64,000 nt of DNA, from contig NC_068991.1 in assembly GCF_001194135.2 (NCBI RefSeq), forward strand, positions 26,907,014-26,971,013, in the 5' to 3' direction. The position numbers and the translations under genes are program-made. The stretch is from Octopus bimaculoides. Taxonomy: Eukaryota. The notes beneath the pieces are model-generated. The model was not told the origin of the DNA. It ran no database searches and was given only the letters and a program-made list of their open reading frames with translations. Shown here one piece after another: positions 53,600-64,000 of this stretch; the first letter of the stretch is position 1, and each line of letters opens with the position of its first letter.

Positions 53600-53720
53600 C
53601 AGTGCGCAACTGGTAGAAGGCACCCGAAAGGATGAAAGTTAAAATCGACCGCACCGGTATTCGAACTCAGAACGTAAAGAGGGTTTGCCTGGTGTGCTAA
53701 CGATTCTGCCAGTTTGCGGC
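53600..53720 (-). mobile_element. SINE family A (internally deleted)
   Basis: CCGAAAGGATGAAAG...TTCGAACTCAGAACG...GTGCTAACGATTCTGCCAG. Confidence 0.75.
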
Positions 53721-53737
53721 TCTATTTGAGACAAGTA

Positions 53738-53942
53738 TATTGGTTTCAATTTTTGGCCCAAGACCAGCAATTTCGGGAGACGGTGACTCGATTACATCAA
53801 CCCAAGCGATCAACTGGTACTAATTTTATCGATCTCGAAATAATGAAAGGCAAAGTCAAAATTTGAACTCAGCACATAAAGACGGGCGAAATGCTGCGGA
53901 GTATTTTACCCGGCGTGCAGACGATTCTGCCAGCTCGCCGCT
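53738..53942 (-). mobile_element. SINE family A
   Basis: TATTGGTTTCAATTTTTGG...AATTTGAACTCAG...TTCTGCCAGCTCGCCGC. Confidence 0.85.
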
Positions 53943-54370
53943 TTAATGTGAAAGTAGTATATCGAAAATTGTATATGTCCTGTTTACTGCAGCATAGTTA
54001 TCAGTGAAATATTCCATAGCATTAGAGTGTACTTAATACGTCGAGAAGCTATTGTAAACAACCGATCTTCATTTGCAAACTCTATACCCGCTTACAATGT
54101 GGTGATCTTATTTCAAACGTTTTGCATTTAATCTATATCACCTTACAAAAGAAATCAATAAGAAATCATGTAAGAGTTTAAAGAAATATATCAAATCAAT
54201 ATTGACAGTTTATTGTTCAAAGATATATCAAGATTTAAAGCCTTTGAGTAGAAAGTTATATCATAATCTAGAGATCAAATGTTACTAAAAAGAAAGTATT
54301 TTCATTCGTACAAAATATTGGAAATCAATTGTAAGTTAAATATATTCAATTAACTGTGTTTGTCGTTCAG

Positions 54371-54470
54371 GTTCGGAACTATGGTGTCGATGATTTATTT
54401 GGAATTTCCAATCCTAGCAACAGCAATATATTTCTTTGATGGTTTTGTCGCTGCGTACGACGAAAGCTAG
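54371..54470 (+). CDS. Candidate terminal coding exon ((R)FGTMVSMIYLEFPILATAIYFFDGFVAAYDES*)
   Basis: Acceptor actgtgtttgtcgttcAG. Phase-2 entry is compatible with the 49725-49995 exon, and the frame stays open to TAG. Confidence 0.3.
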
Positions 54471-55035
54471 CTTTTTGTATTGACTATCATACAGAAAGAT
54501 CAGGATTTACAATGTGCTGGTCATCATTTCTTGCGGGATTTTTCCTTGAAACTTAATTAGGCCAATGCTATAAGTTAGAGAGTTAAAACAAAATTATTGA
54601 GTAAATTCTTATGAGTAATTGAAGAATCTATTTCAAACATCATATTTCGTTTCGTTAATATTTTTCTACTATAGAAATTATCTAGAATGAAACATAGGAA
54701 GATATAGTTTATTCATAAATTTCCACTACCTTTCCACATTTCTATGCCACGTGTGACACAAAATATATAAAACACAGTTATAAAGATCTTACAAGTTAGA
54801 TTGCTTACAATAGCATTCTGAAAATGAAATGAAATTTGAAAATGTTTAGTTCCAATTTCCTATTTTTAAATAGCAACTTCTAATAAATTGAATTTAAAAT
54901 AATTATATACTAGATAATTAGTTGGTTACCCAAGCTTATTGGAACTAAACCAATTAAGTTCTCAAACTGCAAATTCCATAATCATTAGTTTAAACCGATC
55001 CACGCAATACTTTAGCGTTAATATTTGCAGAAAAG

Positions 55036-55247
55036 AAGACGGCGACCAGGCAGAATCTTTACCGCGCCGAGTAAAATTTTAAAGCAGGATTTCGTCCATT
55101 CTTGGGATTTGAGTTCAAATTCAGTCGCGGTCGGCTTTGTCTTTCATCCATTAGGTGTGGATAAAATAAGTACCCGGGGTTGTTGTAATCGACCTACTCC
55201 ATTTTCCTAAATTGTTGGACTCGTGTTAAAATTTGAAGCCAGTATTT
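55036..55247 (+). mobile_element. SINE family A
   Basis: GGCAGAATC...GAGTTCAAATTC...GATAAAATAAGTACC...AAAATTTGAAGCC. Confidence 0.8.
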
Positions 55248-55261
55248 GCATAAAACATTAG

Positions 55262-55473
55262 AGCGGCGAGTTGGCAGAAGCGCTTGCACGGCGGGCAAAA
55301 TGCTTGTTGGGATTTCGTTAGTCTACACGTTGTGAGTTGTAATTAAATTGACTTTGCCTTTCATCTTTTTGGAAGTCGATAAAATAAGTACCAGTAGAGC
55401 ACTGGAGCTCATTTAATCGCCTTAGCCTCTTCTCCAAAATTTCTGACCTTGTGCCAAAATTTGAAACCCATAT
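55262..55473 (+). mobile_element. SINE family A (tandem with previous copy)
   Basis: GCGGCGAGTTGGCAGAA...GACTTTGCCTTTCATC...GTCGATAAAATAAGTACCAG...AAAATTTGAAACC. Confidence 0.85.
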
Positions 55474-57412
55474 TTGTATCAAAGAGAGTGCGTAGAAAAC
55501 TAAGAAATACTTATTTGCTTATAGGATCTGACTTGATACTCTATCGAGAAACTAGTAGAAGGCATTACGGGCTGAATGCAGAGTGGTGAGTGGTGACTGT
55601 CTGTGGATATTGACAAGATACTAATGTTGAATAAAATAAAGAAGGTTTATATCAGTGAATGAACTTCAACCATTTTATAGTTTGTTGTGTGTGTTTCATT
55701 GTTTGAACGTTTAAAACTGCTTCAGCATCATAGCAAAACAGAAAACATGCTATAGGAGTAAACTTTTTTTTTATTTAGTAACAAAAAAGATTCATTAATA
55801 ATGGAGTGGTTGAAGGGCCTCTGTTATCGCTTTGAGAGGCACTGGCTTCGATGATACTACATAATGAAACATAGATCCTGCAACATAGCGTATATTTATA
55901 GCAAATACCAAATCTTAATAATTTTAGTGATGCACCATGTAAAATTTAATGCAGCTACATTGCTGTAAAGTGCAAACTAAATGAACGCAGAAGAGAATGT
56001 ATATGTGAGTCTCATAATAAATAACTTATTTCCGTCACCGACTTCTTGGCATTTTCAAGGAGCTGTGAATTGTGTGAATGAGAGGATTCGTTTAGCAATC
56101 ATTATAATTATTAGAGAACGAAAACAGAATAGAGACGGCCGAATTGAGATAAATGTCTAGTCAAAACGGGGAGTGGTAGATATAAATTACAAGATTTATG
56201 CAAATGTAATTTATTTCGTGACTAAATGTCTGTCAGAAAAAGGAACTGTATATATGTTTCTTTTGAAGATATATATATGTCAATTACAATGAAATATATA
56301 TGACCTGCTAAACAGTTTACTATATATCAATAGTAAAGTGTTATGTTTTGATACACTGGGATTGCTTTAGATCATATTTAAGATTGTTAGACGGATTTTA
56401 ATGATAAATTAGTGTCTTCTTATGGAGCATACAATATAATCTATCATTGTAAATTGGAATTAAACTACATATTATGAGCCAAAATAATAGGCATTCCAGA
56501 AACATAATAATCAGTGATATTATATTCACATAGATACCGATATATTGAAAGAGACAAGTATTCTCATGAAAAGGCATTATATATTTATTAGACAACAATA
56601 TGGTGAATACATACATACATACATATATATATANNNNNNNNNNNNNNNNNNNNNNNNNNNNNNNNNNNNNNNNNNNNNNNNNNNNNNNNNNNNNNNNNNN
56701 NNNNNNNNNNNNNNNNNNNNNNNNNNNNNNNNNNNNNNNNNNNNNNNNNNNNNNNNNNNNNNNNNNNNNNNNNNNNNNNNNNNNNNNNNNNNNNNNNNNN
56801 NNNNNNNNNNNNNNNNNNNNNNNNNNNNNNNNNNNNNNNNNNNNNNNNNNNNNNNNNNNNNNNNNNNNNNNNNNNNNNNNNNNNNNNNNNNNNNNNNNNN
56901 NNNNNNNNNNNNNNNNNNNNNNNNNNNNNNNNNNNNNNNNNNNNNNNNNNNNNNNNNNNNNNNNNNNNNNNNNNNNNNNNNNNNNNNNNNNNNNNNNNNN
57001 NNNNNNNNNNNNNNNNNNNNNNNNNNNNNNNNNNNNNNNNNNNNNNNNNNNNNNNNNNNNNNNNNNNNNNNNNNNNNNNNNNNNNNNNNNNNNNNNNNNN
57101 NNNNNNNNNNNNNNNNNNNNNNNNNNNNNNNNNNNNNNNNNNNNNNNNNNNNNNNNNNNNNNNNNNNNNNNNNNNNNNNNNNNNNNNNNNNNNNNNNNNN
57201 NNNNNNNNNNNNNNNNNNNNNNNNNNNNNNNNNNNNNNNNNNNNNNNNNNNNNNNNNNNNNNNNNNNNNNNNNNNNNNNNNNNNNNNNNNNNNNNNNNNN
57301 NNNNNNNNNNNNNNNNNNNNNNNNNNNNNNNNNNNNNNNNNNNNNNNNNNNNNNNNNNNNNNNNNNNNNNNNNNNNNNNNNNNNNNNNNNNNNNNNNNNN
57401 NNNNNNNNNNNN

Positions 57413-57457
<45 letters not shown>

Positions 57458-60344
57458 CTGTCTGTGTGGATGTTTTATCTTCACAAGACTTCATTTAAAA
57501 GTCCAGAAAGCAACGAGTCTATCTAAATACGTTTTCGCATTTCAAAGAATCTAGATCTATTTCACCGATCGGTTTTAGAAAGTGACGGTTATCATAATTC
57601 CATCAAATGTTCATTGTTGTGATTAAGTTAGTTCTTTTATACAGAACATGATTATGCTTTAAACCCAAAATTTGAATTATTCAAATATTACACACATTTC
57701 TTCAAATTTGTTTCCGTGTTCTGTTCCAGAGAACGAGATGTGCATAGTCTCCTCTCTCAACATGTATAATTCTATCATTATGTTGTGTTGGTATTTTTTA
57801 TAAAATCACCCATATCTCTTAATCCCTTTCGACCAGAGCAGTTGATTCTTTTACAACTTTTATAAACTTTCAGAAAAATTGGATTCGTTTTCTTCGATCA
57901 TGATATCTTTTACAATAGACGTTTTGAAAGTTATTGATCATGTTTTGAAGAATACATCTAAACATTCTGTTCATTTTCTCACGTGCTTTCCTTCCAGTCA
58001 TGACATAATTCGTCATTGAATTTAAACCACTTTCCTTTTATTGCCTCTAAATGTTCTTTCTCTTTATATGACATCTATATTACACTTGGCTCACACTAGA
58101 CTTAATTTCTTCACGTTCACACCCAATCTTTTTTCCACAAATCCGTCAGTCGTATTCGTTTCTTTATTTGTTGTTATTCATACTTATATATCACTATACT
58201 TTTTAAAGTTTCAAACTGAAATTATGCACAACTGTATTTGTTTCATTTTGATTCCAATTTCTTTTCAAGACATTATGCCTTACATATCTTAACTACTCTC
58301 ACTTTTCTATAACACTCTTTCACTCTCTTTCGCACACATATGATTTATCTTTCTATTTATTTAACCCTTCTTTATGATTTATTTCGTGTAAAAATGTTTT
58401 TCCCTCGTTTATACTTGTTCACACCAACTATAACCATTTCCCTCGTAAATACCTTTTATTCCACTTCATTACACTTCTTTATAATGCTTACATGAACTTT
58501 TGTCAACGGTTCATGAAATTATAAATTCAATCTATTTAAAAATACGTATTATTCCCAAGGTATCATTACTGTGCATTTCACAACCATTGTATTCTTCCAA
58601 AATTTCACTTGTGTCTGATAATTGGTTATGTGAAACTCGGAATAATGTATTGTGAAGTATCTCATTTTCAGTAAAACACCATATCTTTCTCCAGCTTTGG
58701 TATCCAACTATCATGTTCTATATCTTGCTTTGCATATATTTCTGTTCCATTGCCAAGTAGCAATACATGGATGTGCGCTTTTGCATGCATATGTGTGCAT
58801 GTATGTCAAGAGAATGACTTTGCTATTGGGACAAGTATAATATAGAAACGAGGACTAGCGCTGTCATAAATGTAGAGATATGTTTGCTTTCATGAAATTC
58901 GGACGCCCGTTAAATGGTTTCTTTCGCTCAGCTACTCATAGCATTGCTACAATTAGCTCAAATCAAAAAGGAAACAAATAAATAAATAAATAAAAATGAA
59001 AATAAAGAACATACCACAAAAATAAATTTAAAAACGTTTATCGAGAGTAGTACAGGTAATGAAAAATTAATAAGTAAAATGTTTATATAAATTATAATGA
59101 TAATAAGACTCGTATTCATTATAAAATAAAACTGTGACAAAATGAGTTTAATAGTGGGATAACGAAACAGTTCAAACACATTTAAATGGAAAGAAAACGT
59201 ATTAAGGAAATACATACGCATACAGAATATGTTCCGTAAACTGAGTTGTAAAACTTAGGAATCATGATATTCGTCTACATATTGATCAGCTTATATAGCA
59301 GTATATAGCCTATCGTCTGATCCACCAGCCCCCTGTGTGAGTTTGTGATTTGTAAGTCTCATATTATTCAATGTTTATATACATATTATAAAAGATATAC
59401 CTGATGGAATTTTAAACTATCTATTTATAATTTGTGACGAAAGAATAGAAAGTGCTTTTCTCCATTAAAATTCAGCTATGTACCTTGTAGCAGACCGGAA
59501 GTATTTTGTTGACTATGAATCCATATGTTATCAAACTATACAAAATTGTGATTTTGACTTATTATTTTGAAACTCAGGAAAAATACATCATTTAAATTTT
59601 CTTAGTAAATTCGTTTTGGCTATATTTTAATTGGGTTATGCTTTTTCTTATCTTATCCTTGATATAATTAGCTCTACGTTTGGTGTTTGTTAACAAATAT
59701 TACATTAAACTACAGTATGTTCGTGTGTTTGCTTAGAAAATTTTATTATAAATTGATTCTTTTCTATGATTTATTTTAAAAGACACTATAGATAGCTCTG
59801 TTGTAGTGATTCAAATGATACAAACAACTTTGTTTATTTTCACGAAATATCCGACATAATCAATCATTGTTTAAGGAATGATAGAAATGTTTTTCTGCGG
59901 ATATATTCTAACTTATCATCTGTTAATGCAATAACAGCCATTATGACAACTACGAGCTATAATTCAATCTTAGTGCAAAAATATACAAAACAGTAAAAAA
60001 CAAACAAACAAATAATGTTTCTTCTTGCCCTGTCAAAATGAGTTGTAAATAAAGGCTTCATATTTTATTAGCGGATCAATGTAACGATCAAAACTTATAC
60101 TTTAATTCATTATGTAAAACATTATAAAAATATGCTCTGTGTTTATTTATGTTAAATCTTAATGTGAAAAATAGCATTCTGACTGCTAAATTTTATGAAA
60201 AACAAACAAAAACAAAAAAAAGCAAAAACAAAACATTTCTTCTTGTTCTTTTAGTCAGAAATTATAAATAAATTTTGATATATTATTTATTGGTTGGTTA
60301 ATAAGCCAAAATCTTTAACTGATTACCCCCTCATTAGAAAACAT

Positions 60345-60693
60345 ACTGGACATGGATCATCAACATGGATCATCGACATAGTGATCTCATATCACAGTAA
60401 ACATCCCATGACCTTGCAGATGGGGTCCAGTTAGAGTAGGCCATCTCGCTCAAAAGGTCCTCCAATAAGGTTTTTTCATATTGTCAGCCACCAAACGACA
60501 TGCTCAATTTGCTAAAATCAAGTAACTAACAAGCAAATATGTGGTATTCAGCAGAATATATGCTGTATCCATCTTTCATACCAAGGCTAAACATGTACAA
60601 GATAACACTGCCGGTCAGTTAAGATCAGAAGCTATGAGAGCCACTGCCACATACTGCATCAGGTCATTTATCATTATTATTATTATTATTATT

Positions 60694-60696
<3 letters not shown>
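60345..60696 (+). mobile_element. 3' end of a retroposon ending in an (ATT)n tail
   Basis: Ends CAGTTAAGATCAGAAGCTATGAGAGCCACTGCC...GCATCAGGTCATTTA followed by (ATT)n. Recognised from memory as a recurrent octopus retroposon end; not verifiable here. Confidence 0.4.
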
Positions 60697-60744
<48 letters not shown>

Positions 60745-61575
60745 CTGAGAGACTGTCGGATAGTTCTTAATTTCTAGTTGTTCTTTACTTGAAAACAGGC
60801 AATAACAAATGACCACAGGTAGTGCTTTCTCCTGTGACTCAAAGAGACAATACTCTCCTTAGAATGCGAGCTGTACCTAACATGCTGTCTTCTGGATCAC
60901 TTCGAGCCTGACAGCAGCTTCCAATGCTTCAATTACCACCGGTATCACCATTACTTTCCTCATGCCCCATAATTTTCCTATCTCCCCCTGCAGTGGCTGG
61001 TATTTTTTTACACTTTTCTGTTTCCTTACATTTCACACTCGAATCATCGCCTGGTATTGCAAAATCTATTATCTTTGCTTCTTTTTCATATTTATGGATG
61101 ATCCCGATACCTGGACGTCTCTCCTCTATGACTTGGTCGTACGTATGTTAAAATCCCAAAGTATTTGATAATGTTCGTTTTGCATTACTCCCTCTGGAGT
61201 TTATACCATTGTTCGGCTCCTTCGAAGTTTGTTTTACCGCAAAACAACCAGTTGACATATCTGGTCACATTATAGTGTTTCCTTTTGTATTCGCGTTGTG
61301 CAAGCTTACAGCACTCACTAACAATATGGCTTATACTTTCTCTCTTCTCAAAGCACATCCTACACTCTGGCGTGTTAGTGCTTTTATGAATGTGATATTT
61401 GGAGTAGTTTGCTCTGAGAGCTTGTTCTTGAGCACTCAGTGGACCCTTTTAAGTCTCTTTTCTGCAGCCATTGCCACGTTCTATTCCAATCAATCTGATT
61501 TTTATTCTTCAAGAACTGACTGTGCATTTTCTTTTACTGCCAAATTTTCTTCATCTGCTCTCTCTGGTCTTTCTT
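60697..61575 (-). pseudogene. R4/Dong-clade LINE 3' region: CCHC knuckle, restriction-like endonuclease, 3' UTR and (AAC)n tail
   Basis: Minus strand: WQWLQKRDLK..AQEQALRAN..ECRMC..ESISHIVSEC (CCHC); ILWDFNI; IIDFAIPGD; VIPVVI; LGTARILRRVLSL* (stop at 60839-60841). Frameshifted. Confidence 0.85.
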
Positions 61576-61961
61576 AAATTGTGTTCGATCTGCTTACATT
61601 GAGAATCTAATTGAGAAACTAAACTTGTCAGCTATAGCAAGAATGATAAAGGTTTTACTTTTTCGTTCCATTTGATTACTGTACCTGCATTTATTCCACC
61701 GGCTGATCTGGATGCCTTTTCATCAATAGCCGGTAAATTTGCCAGTAATGAGGCAGCTATGTTATAAGTGTTTCAAAAAAGTTCGATTCCTGATAAAACG
61801 CGTTACGAATGATAAATATGAAACGTTATTCAATACTTTTGCAGAGAACTTGTACTTTGTAACCGTCCAAAATAAACATCGCCCAAATACTCATATTGAA
61901 TTTTCATATAGGAATGGTAGAATTTCCATCGTTATAGAAGATTTAAGAGCTTATTGATTTC

Positions 61962-62024
61962 AATGCTATACAGAAAGAATGTTATACAGAAAGAATGCTA
62001 TACAGAAGAATGCTATATAGAAAG
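61962..62024. repeat. 16-bp tandem repeat (AATGCTATACAGAAAG), 4 copies
   Basis: Units start at 61962, 61978, 61994 (15 bp) and 62009. Confidence 0.9.
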
Positions 62025-62858
62025 AACTACTTGATGATCACATAGATATTCTAGGATGTAGTGGTTAAAAGACATTTTAATCGTTACTTCCTGTCAAACG
62101 ATATCTGTTTCTGTGCTGGACTGAGAGAAACATTTCAGATTATCTTCGAGTTATGGCATAAAACCTTGAAAGTAAATGAGCGTTTCACTTTTTCAAAATG
62201 GCAATATCTTGTATATAGTTGAGGACAAAAATCAAATATGGTAGCAAACCAGAAAATAAATTAATGAAAATATTTCATTCGTATTTTGAAATTGCACTAA
62301 ATGATTTAGAAAGCAATTAACCGAAATCTGGTTCTGAGATAATTAAATGGTTTCCTATGAATGTATTTCTACGAATAATTTCCTACGTACATATCTTTCG
62401 GACAAATTGTTTTCTACTCGACCAAACACATTTCAATGAACGACTCTGCGATAAAATTTACCCACCTCACGGGCATATACACACACATACACACATGTAT
62501 ATATAGATACACATTCCCATATGTGCGCGCGGCCGTGTGTGCGTCCGTGTTCGTGTGTAACACATTTGACTTACATCGGCGCTCAAGTTTACGAGTTCAT
62601 ATCGTTATAACTGAAAGAGGTGTAAACTAGTGCTATCAATCAATATTAATATTACGCCCTGTACTAACCTGCCAGTTAATATCAGCATGAAACATCTAAC
62701 AATTCACAGGGCCTTGCTAACTGCGCTTATAATTACTTTGAAATTTAAGTGTATTCATACCTAACAACGAATTATTGGCCTTAATGCAGCTGGGCAGAAA
62801 CATGTTATATGTGTGTGTGGTTTTTTTAGTGTGTGCGTATTTTTGTGAGTGTGTGTGT

Positions 62859-62891
<33 letters not shown>

Positions 62892-63859
62892 AGTGTGTGC
62901 ATGTATGTATGTATTTGAGTGTGTGTGTGTATGTTTGTGTGTATTTAAGTATATCTATATGCGTATATTTGCATGGTCTTATGCGATGTATTAGTTTTCA
63001 GTTTCTTAAAAGATTGAAGAGTTAGTCGATTAATTCATCATGGGAATTAGACATACTATTATAAAACGTATATATTTAGAGCCTTCCATACATTTTGATG
63101 GGTGGTGTCGGTGAACCTGATTCCTAGTGGTTTTAATGTTAACATTTCCGAGTTACATGGGGCAGTTAGTTGAGACATTACGTTTAACGTGTTAACAGGA
63201 AATAAAAACAAATTACAAGGAACTAACTCCGAAACATTCTAGTAACAATGGAAAACATGATTAGTATATTCTTATTGGTTATAGCCATAACTTTGAAGCA
63301 TGCTACTGGAAAGGCGTTTTCACAATTCGCTTGCAATTATCAATTGATATAATTTACCTTCCATAAAACTTTCCAAGAAGCATTATAAATGTTCTGCTAC
63401 TTAGGGTGGAAGTAAACTTACTCCAAGCTGAGACTTGATTCCCATCTGTTTTAATTTTACATTTTATTTTACTAGTTTCCTTTTAAAACATATTAATATC
63501 AACAAACTGTTTTCTAAATTGTTAACAATCACTATGTTGCATGCAGAAAATACAGATATCTATGTAGCAGTAAGCCATCATCATTTATCAGACCATGTGG
63601 CTGATGATGTTTCTTGCTCTAGCCCTGCTTCTGTTTCCTATTTGAATTTATTGAGCATTGCTCAAACATAACCGCACATGGATTGCATGTAAAATACATG
63701 AAAATTGTGGAGTGGCGAAATTATTCTTATCCGGTCCTGTTCGGGTACGTGATGCTAATAAGACACTAAAATAGCGAAACATTGATGTCCATCACTCCTA
63801 GATGGGATTAGGAGTCAGTTATCTCGGTTTGAAATATATATATAGTTCAAATCTATACA

Positions 63860-64000
63860 AAAACGAAGAGGAAGACAAGTGAAGGAACAACAAGAAAGTG
63901 TATTACTTTGAATCTCTCTCGGGAAGAACGGAAAATTCTTATGTTTTGAGCCTATGCTTTCGACAGAAAGGAATAAGAGGAAATAAATAATGAAAAAAAA
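63860..64000 (-). mobile_element. Second copy of the hammerhead-like short repeat (cut by the window end)
   Basis: GTGTATTA...CTCGGGAA...TTTTGAGCCTATGCTTTCGACAGAAAGG is colinear with 12671-12740 and is preceded by a short (TA)n. Confidence 0.6.

Noticed and set aside
57800-58620. Very old minus-strand CR1/L2-like RT remnant
   Set aside because: The purine-rich, coding-like bias is suggestive, but no intact diagnostic motif could be read.

Overview
AT-rich eukaryotic DNA from a gapped short-read assembly, with 14 N-gaps, nearly all bounded by (TA)n, (CA)n or (CT)n. The SINE families and the TTAGGG-type repeat suggest a coleoid cephalopod, most likely Octopus; this is an inference from recalled repeat consensus, not a search result. 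No prokaryotic features (CRISPR, operons) and no intact rRNA or tRNA gene were found. The window is dominated by decayed mobile DNA: about 20 tRNA-derived SINE copies from four families; dead LINE fragments (two RTE-clade, one Tx1/L1-clade, two R4/Dong-like); an internally deleted hAT (Buster/Charlie-type) transposon with TIRs and an 8-bp TSD; a mariner-derived MITE; and a long fold-back element. No host gene can be named. A few open frames bounded by splice sites (best: 49725-49995 joined to 54371-54470) may be exons of an unannotated + strand gene. The most unusual observations are a ~190-bp (TA)n-embedded repeat with a Penelope-type minimal hammerhead-ribozyme-like motif (two copies, both with the same core substitution), an interstitial telomere-like array bracketed by a 27-bp inverted repeat, an RTE fragment bracketed by inverted copies of its own C-terminal segment, and inverted SINE pairs flanking a candidate exon. 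All identifications were made by eye, and element boundaries are approximate unless TIRs or TSDs are quoted.
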